A DNA stretch of 64,000 nucleotides from Octopus vulgaris (Eukaryota), in NCBI GenBank assembly GCA_951406725.2, contig OX597837.1:7254001-7318000 (forward strand). Direction: 5' to 3'. The translations under genes and the position numbers were made by a program. Below are positions 1 through 12,553 of this stretch, one piece after another (the stretch's first letter is position 1; each line of letters begins with the position of its first letter). A model generated the notes under the pieces. It saw nothing but the letters and a program-made list of their open reading frames with translations. It was not told where the DNA came from and did not search any database.

Positions 1-159
1 TATTTATATAATTGCTCTTTGCTTGCAATGCAATTTAAAGAGAAGAAAAAAAAAACTTAATCTCTTGCAAAACGGGGGTTAAAAGAAAACTAATGAAAAT
101 AAAATTACAAATCTTAATTCAAATCTTTAAAATTTGTTGGAAATAATAAATTCTTTCTC

Positions 160-362
160 TCTACTACTAGCACAGGGCCTGAAGTTTTGTGGTGGGGGGG
201 TGGAGGGGAAAATGCTAGTTGGTTAGATTGATCCCCTCCCAAAAAAAGTATGAAAGTCAAAGTCGCTATTGTTGGTTATATTTGAACTCAGAACATAAAG
301 ATGGACGAAATACCACTAAGCATTTTGCCCAGCATGCTAATGATTCTGCCACCTCATCACCT
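160..362 (-). mobile_element. SINE family A, degenerate copy
   Basis: Shares the gcacagggcctgaa, tttgaactcagaac and ctaagcattttgcccagcatgctaa blocks with 3986-4199. Confidence 0.75.
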
Positions 363-1556
363 TCACTAGTAGTAGTAGTAGTAATAATAATAATAATGAT
401 TTTAGGCACAACGCCAATAATTTTTGAGGGTAATTTTTACTAAATTCTTTGTTATATTTTAAATTAATTGAAATTAGGCAATACCATAAATCTCATTACT
501 CTGACAGGTACTTTAAGGACCCCAAAAGAGTGAAAGGGGAAGATTTTTTCCATTACCTCTATGTATGTACACGTGTATGTGAATGTATACACATTTGAGA
601 GAATGCGTGCACATGTATATGAATGTGAGTGTGTGACTTTTTTTTCTTTATAAGAGAAATTAGATGAGGAAAGGATGTATTTTTTTAATGTGATAAATAT
701 AAATAATTATAATCATCATATACAGACACACAGACAGACATACATACAATCTGAAGGGGATGAAAGGGTAGAATTTAATGGAAAAAAAAAAAAATTATGA
801 GAAATTACGAAATGAAATTCCAAGGAAGAATTAAAAATAGATTTAAAATGATGAAAAAACATTTTAAATGACTGAATAATAATGACAAAAAAATTTATGG
901 AATAATAATATATTTTAAATATAATGTCTGAGTATTTCAAAATGTTTTATTTTGTATTTTTGTTGTCTTTTACGGTAAATCAGATCCTGGATTTTGGTAA
1001 GCATTTCTTTCTGTATGTTGTTGTTACTATTATTATTATTATTATGATTATTATTATTTATCATTTATACATGGTGTGCTGCGTGTCTCATTTCATTGAG
1101 TAAGTAGTTTTAAAAAGAAAACAAAGGTTGTTTTTAATTTATTGATTAATTAACTTCCACCAAACGAAGGGGAAAAAGTTAATTAATAATAATGATGATA
1201 ATAATAATGGTAATAATTCTGGCAAGAAAGCACATTATCTAGGATGTATGTATGAATCTTGGTGGCTTTAAATAAGGAAATGAACGCACACATACACCAC
1301 TAAATATACTCACACACACACACATACAGAGAGAGAGAAAATGCACATGCACGCACGCACACACTTACATAGAAAGACATGCTCGCCTTTGCATATACAT
1401 GCATAACAAGAATAGAGATTCAAAGAATCAAAGAGAGCTCATTGTAAAGCACTCCACCTAGTGCACGGCTATCATGAGAAAGCATGGTTAAGACTAGGAT
1501 ATAACCTCACCATCATTCTGAAAATCCCAGAATTGCAATGGTGGAGAGTATTATGA

Positions 1557-1706
1557 AAATTGATCGATGAAGGAAAGTGAAAGAATTATTTATTACATTT
1601 GTTGACACCTGTTTTGTAATCTTATGTAAGTTACATAGATTATGAAACAGCTGTCAACAAATGGAATAAACATTCCTTTATTTCATTTCTTTCATCCAAT
1701 CAATTT
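1557..1706. repeat. ~150-bp imperfect palindrome (fold-back)
   Basis: aaattgat..tttattacatttgttgacacctgtttt..tatgtaa-G-ttacata..gaaacagctgtcaacaaatggaataaa..atcaattt, centred on 1630. Confidence 0.85.
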
Positions 1707-1933
1707 ATATATATACGTGTGTGTGTGTGTGTAAAGTTAGCAAAATTTTGGGTCCACGAGATTTATATATTTCTTTAATTTTTTGTGGGAAGTTTGTGGT
1801 TATGGTCATAGCTACAAGTAATAGGGTGTTAATGGATGTTAATGAATGTAATTCACAAGGAAGAACATATATAATATGAACATATAATGGAGAAGGAGTG
1901 AAAGAAAGAAGAGGCTGTGTGTATATCTATTTA

Positions 1934-1976
<43 letters not shown>

Positions 1977-2313
1977 TTATGTATATGAAAGGCTGGGAAA
2001 AGACAGAACAGAAGTGAGGCCAGTCAAACATCAAATGTTAATTTAGGGACTAATTTGAAGCAAATTCATTAGTGACTTAAATCTTATAATCTAAGTACCT
2101 CACTGACTTTCAGACTCATACACCCAAAACAAACTTATTCAACCCTGAAACACATTTCCCAACTTAGTCTTCAACCTGCAACCCTATTTCAAATAAAAGT
2201 TCTTTGGTCAAGTTTATATACAGATAAAAACATTGTTTTATGTTGAAAACCATGAGAAAGAAGTGCTCAATATATATTGTAGAGGATATGAAGATACATT
2301 TTTTTTTCTTTTT

Positions 2314-2439
2314 AAATTAAAACTGAAGTTGAATGTTTATCTTGCTACTCAAGTTTCATAACTGTGATCTTTAGGTTAGTCGCATCTGAGGATCGCAGTA
2401 GTATAAAACTGAGTCATGAGACAAACTCAGTTTTAATTT
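2314..2439. repeat. Imperfect fold-back
   Basis: Arms aaattaaaactga/tcagttttaattt and actgtgatctttag/ctgaggatcgcagt. Confidence 0.7.
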
Positions 2440-3985
2440 TTAAAAAAAAAACACATACACACACTTGTTGATTGTCTGGAAGACTCCAGATGTGAAACTT
2501 CAAGCTGCAATATATGTATACTGTAACAATACAGAAACTAAAAAGCTGTGAGGTTTGTATTAAGCTAAGACCGTTCCTTAACATAATGTAACAGAATAAT
2601 TATTCTTTCCATTTAATTTCTCCACTAGTCTCAGGTCATAGCCTCAAATTATTTGAGCCCTTTCAGTGAGTTATACCATTGCGATTAGTTATAATGAACC
2701 CTACTGAGTTCATGATATGAGCCTTGTGAACACACACACATAGGTGTGTTAGCTGTTCTTAGACTAAGAGAAACAATTCAATCAAACTGAATTCAAATAT
2801 TGCAGATTTCTCTGAAAAATACCTTCTTCACAAATATACAAACTCCTTCTCCAAAACAGTTGGGATTTATTTTGTCTCTCAATTTATATACATCCTGCAA
2901 AAGCTGTTTACTGTACACATGCCATGATTTCAGCACTTCTGAAACACACACAGATGATCCTCATCTAATTTCCATTTATCCATGCTTGTAGGGGTCAGAT
3001 TGATTTTGCTAGAAACACACACATGTAGACTGAATTATGATTATGTAAGAAGCATAATTGACTAGATTCTCTTTTCAAAAGTTACTTTATATATTTTAAT
3101 ACTGTCATTCTTTGATGAAATGCTCACACATGCTTTTGTTCCACTTATCTTTTTATCTTGTATTTTTTTAAATTACTACAACCTGTGCATAATTTGTTCT
3201 CAACTGAACATACCAACACACACACATACACATATGCAATCTAACCACATACACAAACTAACATAGCATCTTTATTTCTCTCCTCTTAGCTGAACAAAAA
3301 TAAAAAAAGACCTGTTAGAGAATTAAGTGAAATGTTCTGATTGGTTTATCAGTAAATGAACTGCAATAATTTAAGCAAGACACCGTAAAGCATAAACACT
3401 AATTAAATCTGCCTAAAATATGCATATCTGCATATCTAATTAGCATTAGAAAAACTACGCTTTGGGAGTATAAAAAGAGCGATAGGAAAAATAATGGAAC
3501 ACGTGAAACACCTGGTAACAGTGGTAATCTCTTTTCATTAGATTCATTAGTTGTGATGTGAACGGGACTTTGATTTATTTAAGGTAAGATTCTACCATCT
3601 GCAGAGATAGAAGTTAGTTGATGAGTTTATATGAAACAAGTCCATTATGGACGTTTGGAATGAGAATTTCTTCGTTTACTAAAGAAAGAGATGAAACATT
3701 AACCAGATTCCAGTTACTTCCATTGAAGATATTTCATACTCAACAGAGAGACAAACAGACAGATAGACACTGGTGAAAGACTTAAGAACTAGATTACTAT
3801 TTTTCATATTATTATTATTATTTTGTATGCATCTTCATGCTTATATATACTTTGGCAGTTAAATTGATTTGAAATTGTAAAAGCGTGAAGACATATGCAC
3901 TCTTATGCCGATGCACTTGCATATCTGCATATGCAAATGGTTGCATGAGTACTTGATGTACACTGATGATAGAATGGAACCATTC

Positions 3986-4199
3986 TTTTCTACTCTAGGC
4001 ACAAGGCCCGAAACTTTTGGGGAGGGGAAAAGTCGATTATATCAACCCCAGTGCATAGCTGGTACTTATTTAATCGACCCCGAAAGGATGAAAGGCAAAG
4101 TCGACCTCAGCAGAATTTGAACTCAGAACGTAGCAGCAGATGAAATACGGCTAAGCATTTCGCCCGGCATGATAACGTTTCTGCCAGCTCGCCGCCTTA
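3986..4199 (-). mobile_element. Full-length tRNA-derived SINE (family A) with a perfect 17-bp target-site duplication
   Basis: The minus strand starts GGCGGCGAGCTGGCAGAA, has a B-box-like GAGTTCAAATTC and the central GCCTTTCATCCTTTCGGGGTCGAT..AGTACCAG domain. TSD ATAGAATGGAACCATTC is at 3969-3985 and 4200-4216. Confidence 0.9.
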
Positions 4200-5186
4200 A
4201 TAGAATGGAACCATTCACCAGACTTTATTCCCACTAAAGTACATATTCAAAGAATATGGCACCAACCGATTAAGGTGGAGAAGAAACATCAAAGGATGAA
4301 ATTTGAGGGGATGGGAAAAAAGAGAAAGAGAGAGCAAGTGGGCAAGAGAGAAGAGAGGAGCTCAGGAGGCACTGGTACAAGAGAAGGTGACAGATAAATA
4401 TATGGTAAGTGAATATAACATTAGGAAGAAGAATTTGATTCCAAGCTTGGCCAAATAAAAACGGTAATTCCTTTTGTCTTCCCCGGTTCTCCACCCTTTC
4501 CTGCCATTCACAGATATATGCATACACTCACACACACAGAGTAAAATTATATAAATTAATAATTAACGATTTTATTTGCAAATCCTCTTAATTAATCAGA
4601 AATATGGAAGAGGGATATAATTTCAATACAAAATTTAAAAGACTGAAAAAAGAAAAATGTCTGATGATTTTTTTTTTTTGTACCCTGGTTTCAGATTGAA
4701 ACACAAATCTTTGATCAGCACACATTTTTATTACTTTTCCAACTTTCAAATTGTATTCCTTGCAACATATGCAAGCACATGCATACACACATGTATGCAG
4801 ATAGCTGCATGATGATATATATGCATGTGTACATCCATAGGACCATTAGGGAGTAAAAAACAAAAAAATTAAGGGAACTTGCTAAGAGATAATGTAGCAG
4901 AAACAGATTGGAAAATACAATGCTTGTTGTATCAGGCAGCAGTGATTAAAATTGTTTAGTGTTGTCGATGATGATGATGGCAATGATGATGACGATGTTA
5001 GTGAGGGTTAGAGTTGTGGGCCACATAAAGACAAGGGGTGGCATGTAAAGAGGGGGTGGCATCATATGGAAAATAAAGAAGTGGCTAAAAAAATTATATG
5101 GTAAATAAAATTAAGAGAAAGAGTACATCTATACATGTACCTGCACTTGTGTATGTATTTGTGTGTGTATGAGCAGTGGTGCTTAT

Positions 5187-5252
<66 letters not shown>

Positions 5253-5268
5253 CACTTATGTATATGTG

Positions 5269-5309
<41 letters not shown>

Positions 5310-5821
5310 GTGTGTGTGTGTGGAGAGAGGGGGAAAGAGAGTGAGAGATAAGGGGGTACAAGTGTGTGCTATGTGTGTAGAATTTTGACTAGATATGAAT
5401 CAGTAAAGCTGAAAATGCGAGCAAAATTAATAAATAGAAATAAATTTCCTCTCTCTCTCTCTTTTTCTCCCCATCTTCACTCTCTCTCTCTCTTTATGGT
5501 AAGACATACACACAACATAATAATAATAATAATAATATGTAAAAAAAATTAATATACAACTGAAAAATCTTTGTTAAATAACCAAATGCTCTTCAACCCG
5601 TCAACTCCATTTCATATATATGTATGTGTGTGTGTATACATATACACACATATACATACATGAATACATATATATGTATGTATGTATGTATACACACATA
5701 TCTCTGACATCAATACCCAGTCAATCTGAAGATTTTATCATCATAGAGACTACATCTTCTGTTAGTGTAAATACTTTCTTCAGAGTGAATATGTGTGTAT
5801 ATCAATACATATGCATGTATG

Positions 5822-5866
<45 letters not shown>

Positions 5867-7569
5867 ACACACACAAATACATATATCTTTGTGTGTGTTT
5901 CTATGTATTATAAGTTTTGTTCTTTTATTCTTACAACCAGCAACTAATTTTATTTTCATTTTAAATATTAATATTAATCTCATAAATATTTGTCTTTACA
6001 AAGAAATTTCTTTAATCTTCAGTCTTTAATCTTACTACTCTGTATTTTTATTTTTCTAAACTTTTCTACATCAGTCTTTCTGCCTCTGTGAAAATGTATT
6101 TTAATTTTGAGCATTCTATTTCTTGAAATCTTAAAAATAAGACAGATAAGCCATGGTAGAAGTATTATTATTTTTGGTTTTAATTTCTTAGTGACTGTTC
6201 TTATTTCTTCTCCCGCTTTGCTTAGTTCTGCTCTACCTTTTACCCATAGCTGCTGCCCCTGTCCTAGACTTCTTAAACACTGCACCATAACAAAAAGCAA
6301 TGATTTAGAGTGGCAGTTGAAAAAGAGGATTGGTAGCAGTATTTGTAGTAGAAGTAGTATTATAATCTATAATGAGTGGTTGTGGCAGTGGTGGTATTAG
6401 TGGTTGCGGGTGATTTAGTCTGGATAATGCTGCTGATGGTGGCGGTGTTGTTACCATTGTCATGTTGTAGGAATAGCCATTGTCTATAGGGTATTAAAAG
6501 AGTTCTTTGTGAATAGAATAACTATTGCATGTGTATATAAAACACACACATATACATATATATTATATATTAGAAGCTGAAGCTTTTTGAATAATTACTC
6601 TGAGTTTCATACAGCCAATTTCTGAAATGACAGTCATGCTGCCATTTTTTAATTGAAATGATTGCTAACATGAAACTCAGAGAAACACCCCGAAAAGATT
6701 CAGCTTCCAATAAGGTATACAATCTATGTATTGAGTACCTTTTTTTCATTCGCTCGTAACCAAAAACATTCAGTCCACATATACATGTAGGTGTATACAT
6801 ATATATAGAGACACACTTGTTAATACATACATGTGTGCGTGTGTGTGTGTGTGTAGAAAAGGAGAGAGAGAGAAATTTCCTTAAAAAGCTGAAAAATAAT
6901 AATTAAAAATAAAAAATTAAACAACTTAAAATCAAAAGTATGATTAAAAAAATAATAAAAATTCCACTTTGTCCAAAAGATGAAAAACTGTTTATCTTCA
7001 TTTCCTTTAAACCATTTCATAATCATCTTCATATATACATATACATATATATATATATACATATATATATATGTATAGTCTGTATGCATGTCTGTATATG
7101 CATGCTGTCTGCATGCATTCATGTGTGCGCGAGCATATGTGTCTCTTTTACTTCTTTGATTTCTTTATTCCCCAAAGTATACTGGGTAGAGTGTAGAGGA
7201 TTTACCATCATCATCTTCTTCTGCTTCTTCTTTGATTTTTTTTTTCCTCTTTAGCGGGGTGTGTTGTTATTCTTTTCTTTTTTTTTTTTTCCTTTTTTTG
7301 TTTCCAAACTTGCTGATGTATTTGTGTCTGTGTGGATGTATATATATATTTTTTTTTTTTCATTCTTTGAAAAGAGATTTTTTTTTCTGTTGCTGTTGAT
7401 GTTTTTTTCTTTCATTTTAAAATTTAAAAATTTTTTTCAAGTTCTTTAAATATCAATTTTATAATGTTTCCAATTTCTCTCCTTTTCTGTCTTTTTTACT
7501 CTTCTTTTTATTGGTATTATCTTTTTTGCTTGTTTGTTTAAACATAACAAAAACAGAGAAGTCATCATT

Positions 7570-7612
<43 letters not shown>

Positions 7613-8152
7613 TACATATGTATATATATATACATATGTATATATATATAGTCATTATCGTTCTGACATTTGGTATTTTCCGTTTTCCAATATTTAATTT
7701 TTTTTCCCATAATTCTTTGCTGCTTGAAAAACAAAATAGTTTTCGCATTTTTTTTTGTTTTTAAATTTGTATGTATGTTAGATTGTTGTTGTTATCATTA
7801 TTATTATTATTAGTCCCAATCAATATCGTTTCGATATCAATGATTGACAACACCACCCTGATCAGGGGTGAATTTTGTAACCACGTTTAAAAATCCTCAG
7901 GGTGGCATTTTTGCTTTGCGTGTATATATATATATATATGTGTATATATATATATATACATATGTATGTACATGTGTGTAAGGTATATATATGTGTGTGT
8001 ATATACATGTATATATATATACATATATATATGTATATATATACATATATACATATATGTATATATATATATATATATATATTTTATATATACATACATA
8101 TATGTATTACACACACATATATATACGTATTATATGTGTGTATGTATATATA

Positions 8153-8209
<57 letters not shown>

Positions 8210-8317
8210 AACTTATTTGTTTTATATAAAAAAAAAATCAGACAGCCTGTCTTGCTGTCAGATTCAGGAAAAAAGAGTTTCTTGCCATCCGCTTCATAGC
8301 AACGTACTCACGTGACC

Positions 8318-8362
8318 TCAGTATGGTGCAAACCGCTGGTAACCACCCCTGTAAACAGTAGC
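8318..8362 (-). CDS. RBFOX1: RBFOX last coding exon (ATVYRGGYQRFAPY*), carrying the C-terminal RFAPY PY-type NLS
   Basis: ctgttgcag|GCTACTGTTTACAGGGGTGGTTACCAGCGGTTTGCACCATACTGA. YRGGYxRFAPY* is the canonical nuclear RBFOX C-terminus. Confidence 0.97.
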   Translation of the reverse strand, partial: ATVYRGGYQRFAPY

Positions 8363-9014
8363 CTGCAACAGTGGAAAACAGAGATGATAAAACTCAAAAA
8401 CAAAATTAAATTTTCAAATAACAATAACAAAGGTGTTAGCAATTACACAATATTGAGTTGTAACCCAGATGAACTTAGTCAACCATTTGATGAAGAAGGA
8501 ACAGTAAAATATATACCAGACATAGACACACTTTAAGCTTTACAAATTTCACGAGTAATACTGTGTTTTGATAATGGTAACTTCCAACCAGGAATGGAAG
8601 ACCAAAATGCAATGGTTGTTATAGAGAAAAGATTAAAGAATTTGTGCAAAACTACTTTTTCTAACCCCATAGCCATGTCAGATAAGCATCATCATAACCA
8701 TTAGCATCTAATATTACTCATCCATGGATGATTTGAAAGGAAACTGCATGAAGCTCCTACATCTGTTTTGGCATGGTTTCCATGGCTGGATGCCCTTCCT
8801 AATATCAACCACTTTACAAAATTAAGTGCATCTCAATAAATTTCCAACTGAATTTAGAGCCAGCTTCCTTAGGGTGTGAACTGTAGAATTTTTTATAGTT
8901 CCGTACTAGACCAGAGTTCAAGAGTGCCATTATCCCCAAAGCTCTCATGATCACTGGAACAGTTGTCATATTTGAGGCCTCTATTTCAAGAACCATGTAT
9001 TTTATTATTATCAT

Positions 9015-9310
9015 CATTGAGTGAGAGAGCAGTGCATGCCATCGATATGACACTGGGGTACAAATTTACAAAGCCCAATATATCCATCATGACTACCTGT
9101 CTGATATATCACAACCATATGTCCACAATACGGTGATCTCATATCATGACAAACAGTGCCTGACCTTGGAAGTGGGGACCAGTTAGAATTTTCTGCAAGT
9201 TGAGTAGCCCATTCCACTCAAAAGGTCCTTGAATAAGAGTTGTTTAAGGATGTTGAACAAAACACTCATGTTTCCAGAGATGAATTGTTCAAACTGCAAA
9301 GAATTTCTCT
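9015..9310. mobile_element. Interspersed repeat (family F); inverted copy at 10995-11281
   Basis: attgagtgagagagcagtgcatgccatc (9015-9042) is matched by gatggcatgcactgctctctcactcaat (11254-11281), with similarity over about 290 bp. Confidence 0.8.
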
Positions 9311-9940
9311 CTATGATGCTCAAAAATTCTTTCTTTTTTTCTAAGTTCCATCATTAGAGTGACCACACCACTTCTTTAAAAACTACAATCCACAGGTGAA
9401 TTATTCAAACACCAAAATTTCTTTCATTCTTTCCTTTTTCTAAATTCTTTCATTAAAGTGACCACTCCACTTCTTTAAAAACTAGTCCCGAGGTCAATTA
9501 TTCAAACCCCCAAATTTCTTTCCTTCTTTCTTTTTTCTAATTTCCATCATTAAAGTGACCACTCCACTTCTTTAAAAATTACAGTCCAGAGGTGAATTAT
9601 TCGAACCCCAAAATTTCTTTCATTCTTTCCTTTTTCTAAATTCTTTCATTAAAGTGACCACTCCGCTTCTTTAAAAACTAGTCCCGAGGTCAATTATTCA
9701 AACCCCCAAATTTCTTTCCTTCTTTCTTTTTTCTAATTTCCATCATTAAAGTGACCACTCCACTTCTTTAAAAATTACAGTCCAGAGGTGAATTATTCGA
9801 ACCCCAAAATTTCTTTCATTAAAGTGACCACTCCACTTCTTTCAATTATTCAAACCCCCAAATTTCTTTCCTTCTTTCCTTCTTTCTTTTTTCTAATTTC
9901 CATCATTAAAGTGACCACTCCACTTCTTTAAAAACTTCAA
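9280..9940. repeat. Minisatellite with a ~98-bp unit and a 196-bp higher-order dimer
   Basis: The ttattc(a/g)aac anchor recurs at 9401, 9498, 9597, 9694 and 9793 (spacing 97/99/97/99), then in truncated units. Confidence 0.9.
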
Positions 9941-10419
9941 TCGCTCAATTTAATCATTGATGCACAAAACCCCAGTACTTATAGAAAACCGACAGTCTGG
10001 TACTATATTTTACCATCTCCTTTTGATGGATGAAAGGCAATAATTGTGATTTGATTTAAAAGTAGGAAAATGAAGATGTAACAGGAGCAATGTAATGAAA
10101 CACTGCGAAGTGTTTTGTCCATCGCCTCTGCTACTGCCTATCTGCTAATTCTGCCGATCTCACCGACACGTATAGAAGAGAAAGACAAATGGGGAAATCA
10201 AGAAAAAAAATATAATTAATCAAAAGGAAAACACACAAATGCAGGGACACACAGACAGACACAAATTAAATAATGCAGAGTTTGTTAGTGATAAGTTGGC
10301 AAAATGATGTATGAAAGTAAAAGCGAATATAATTAAAAAAAAGACAACAAAAGAAAAATCTAATTAACTAAATTCTGTGAAGAAAATAAAAAATAAAACT
10401 AATGAATGCCTAATCACTT

Positions 10420-10810
10420 TTCTTTTATCCTTTACTGGTTTCAATCATTGGACTGCAGCCATGCTGGATCACCACCTTAAAAGGTTTAGTCAAGCAAATC
10501 AACTCTAATACTTAATTTTTTTAAAACTTGACCTTATTCTGCTCCATTGATCAGTTTTCGCAGACTGCTAAATTAAGGTGACAAACACAAACCCAGGATA
10601 TCAAGCAGTAGTGGCAGACAAAAAAAAAATACATATATGTGTATACACACACACAAACAGGCTTCTTTCAGTTTCCGTCTACCGAATCCACTCAAAAGGT
10701 TTTGATCAGCCCAGGGTTATAGTAGAAAATTCTTGCCTATTGTGATATGCAATGGGACTGAACCCAGAACAAAGTGGTTGGAAAGCAGGCTTCTAACCAC
10801 ACAGCTATGT
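10420..10810 (-). mobile_element. SINE family B, reverse orientation
   Basis: ggcttctttcagtttccgtctacc...gggactgaaccc is the reverse complement of the 24510-24910 blocks. Other minus copies are at 15590-15780 and 55990-56110. Confidence 0.75.
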
Positions 10811-11292
10811 CTACATGTTCATTTGTATATGTTTTATCTTGGTATAAAAGCTGGCTTCAATAACTATTCTGTTCAATACCACAAACTGCTGGTCAGTTGT
10901 TTGACCTTAACCAGTTTAGTATGTCCCTTGGTGGCTAATGATATGTGCATCAGACCATGAGCAGAAATATTAAGGGAGCATCATAGCCATGTGTTGAAAG
11001 AAATTCTCTGGGGTATGGATAATTCACCTCTGGAAACATGGGTGTTTCATTCAACATCCTTGAATAACCTTTATCCAAGGGCCATTTGAGTCAGGATGGG
11101 CTACTTGACCTGAAGAAAATTCTAACTAAGCCCCACCTGCAGGGTCATGTGCTGTTAATCTTGATAATGAGATCACTATGCCGTGCACAAATGGTTGTGA
11201 TGCATGTGCCTGGTGTACTCTTATCAGCTGGGTAGTCATGATGAGTATACTTTGATGGCATGCACTGCTCTCTCACTCAATAATAATAATAA

Positions 11293-11490
11293 TCCTTTCT
11301 CCTTGAAATTTGGAGGGAGAGGACTAGTTGATTACATCGACCCTAGTACTTAAGTGGTCCTTATTTTATCAACCTCAAAAGGATGAAAGACAAAGTCGAC
11401 CACAGGAGAATTTGAACTCAGAACCTAAAGACGGACAAAATGTCACTAACATTTTGCTTGGCTTGCTAACGACTCTACCAGCTTGCTACC

Positions 11491-11522
<32 letters not shown>

Positions 11523-11739
11523 AATAATCCTTTCTTCTATAGGCACATGGCCTGAAATTTGGTGAGAGAGAAATAATTGATCACGTCGACACCCCAGTGT
11601 TTCACTGGTACTTAATTTATCGACCTCAAAAGGATGAAAGGCAAAATCAACCTCGGCAGAATGTGAATTCAGACCGTTATTCTGACGGCCGAAATGCTAC
11701 AAAGCACTGACATGCTAATGATTCTGCACACTCACCACC

Positions 11740-11741
<2 letters not shown>
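11293..11741 (-). mobile_element. Two tandem SINE family A copies separated by (AAT)n
   Basis: The aaaggatgaaag(g/a)caaa and gaa(c/t)tcag blocks are repeated at about 11380 and 11630. Confidence 0.8.
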
Positions 11742-11775
<34 letters not shown>

Positions 11776-11873
11776 TTAATGGGGATGATGATGATGATGA
11801 TAATAATAATGTCATGCTGCTTAGCAAAACTGAAATTCACAATATTTATGCTATTTTCTTGTTAATAATAATG

Positions 11874-11904
<31 letters not shown>

Positions 11905-12553
11905 TAATAATAACAATAATAATAATAATCACATTAGCCTATATTAAGATGACAAATGGTGAACATGAATGACTATAAATATGGTTCTTAAGACTTAGAC
12001 AAAAAGGAAAAGAATATTATTAAAAAATTTAAATTGTAAGGTTGCATTGCATTGCTTGCTTGCTTGCCAAAATGTTAAATATATATATGTATATATATTA
12101 ATTAATAATTGATAGATAAAAATAAACAGAAACAAAACAAAAATATGTTCTACACAGCCAGCATTCTTTGGTTATATCATTTAAAGCCAGTTAAAAAAAT
12201 AATAAAACAGAAAAAAAAAAGAGAAAAACAAAACAAAAAAAATTGTAGAAATCAACAGCAAAAATTTGCAAATACTAATTGGTTGATTAAAGAAAGCTTT
12301 TAATTATAGTAATTATTTCTTAGACAAGGTCACAGATTTGAGGAGATGGGATTACTAATGTAAATTGGCCCCAGCACTTTTAGTCATATTTTGATTTAGT
12401 TGATCCTAGAAAGATGAACATTAAAGTTTGGGGTCAGTAGTATTTGAACTTGAAACCCAAGGATTCAGATCAAATATTAAAATATGATCTAACAATGTTG
12501 CTAACACACCAACTTTTAACCTGTTAGCATTCAAATTACTTCGTCAAATGTAA

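Noticed and set aside
984-996. Plus-strand 13-nt exon-like segment (cag|ATCCTGGATTTTG|gtaagc)
   Set aside because: No partner exons or coding evidence on the plus strand; compatible with chance.
8420-8665. Coding-looking stretch (NPDELSQPFDEEGTVKY...) on the plus strand
   Set aside because: Interrupted by a stop and no recognisable family; possibly decayed transposable-element sequence.
9280-9940. Regularly spaced repeats resembling a CRISPR array
   Set aside because: Tandem units without unique spacers, no cas genes, and eukaryotic intron context.
12140-12260. Long minus-strand pyrimidine tract suggesting an extra exon in the last intron
   Set aside because: The AG is distant and weak, there is no donor, and the translation is low-complexity.
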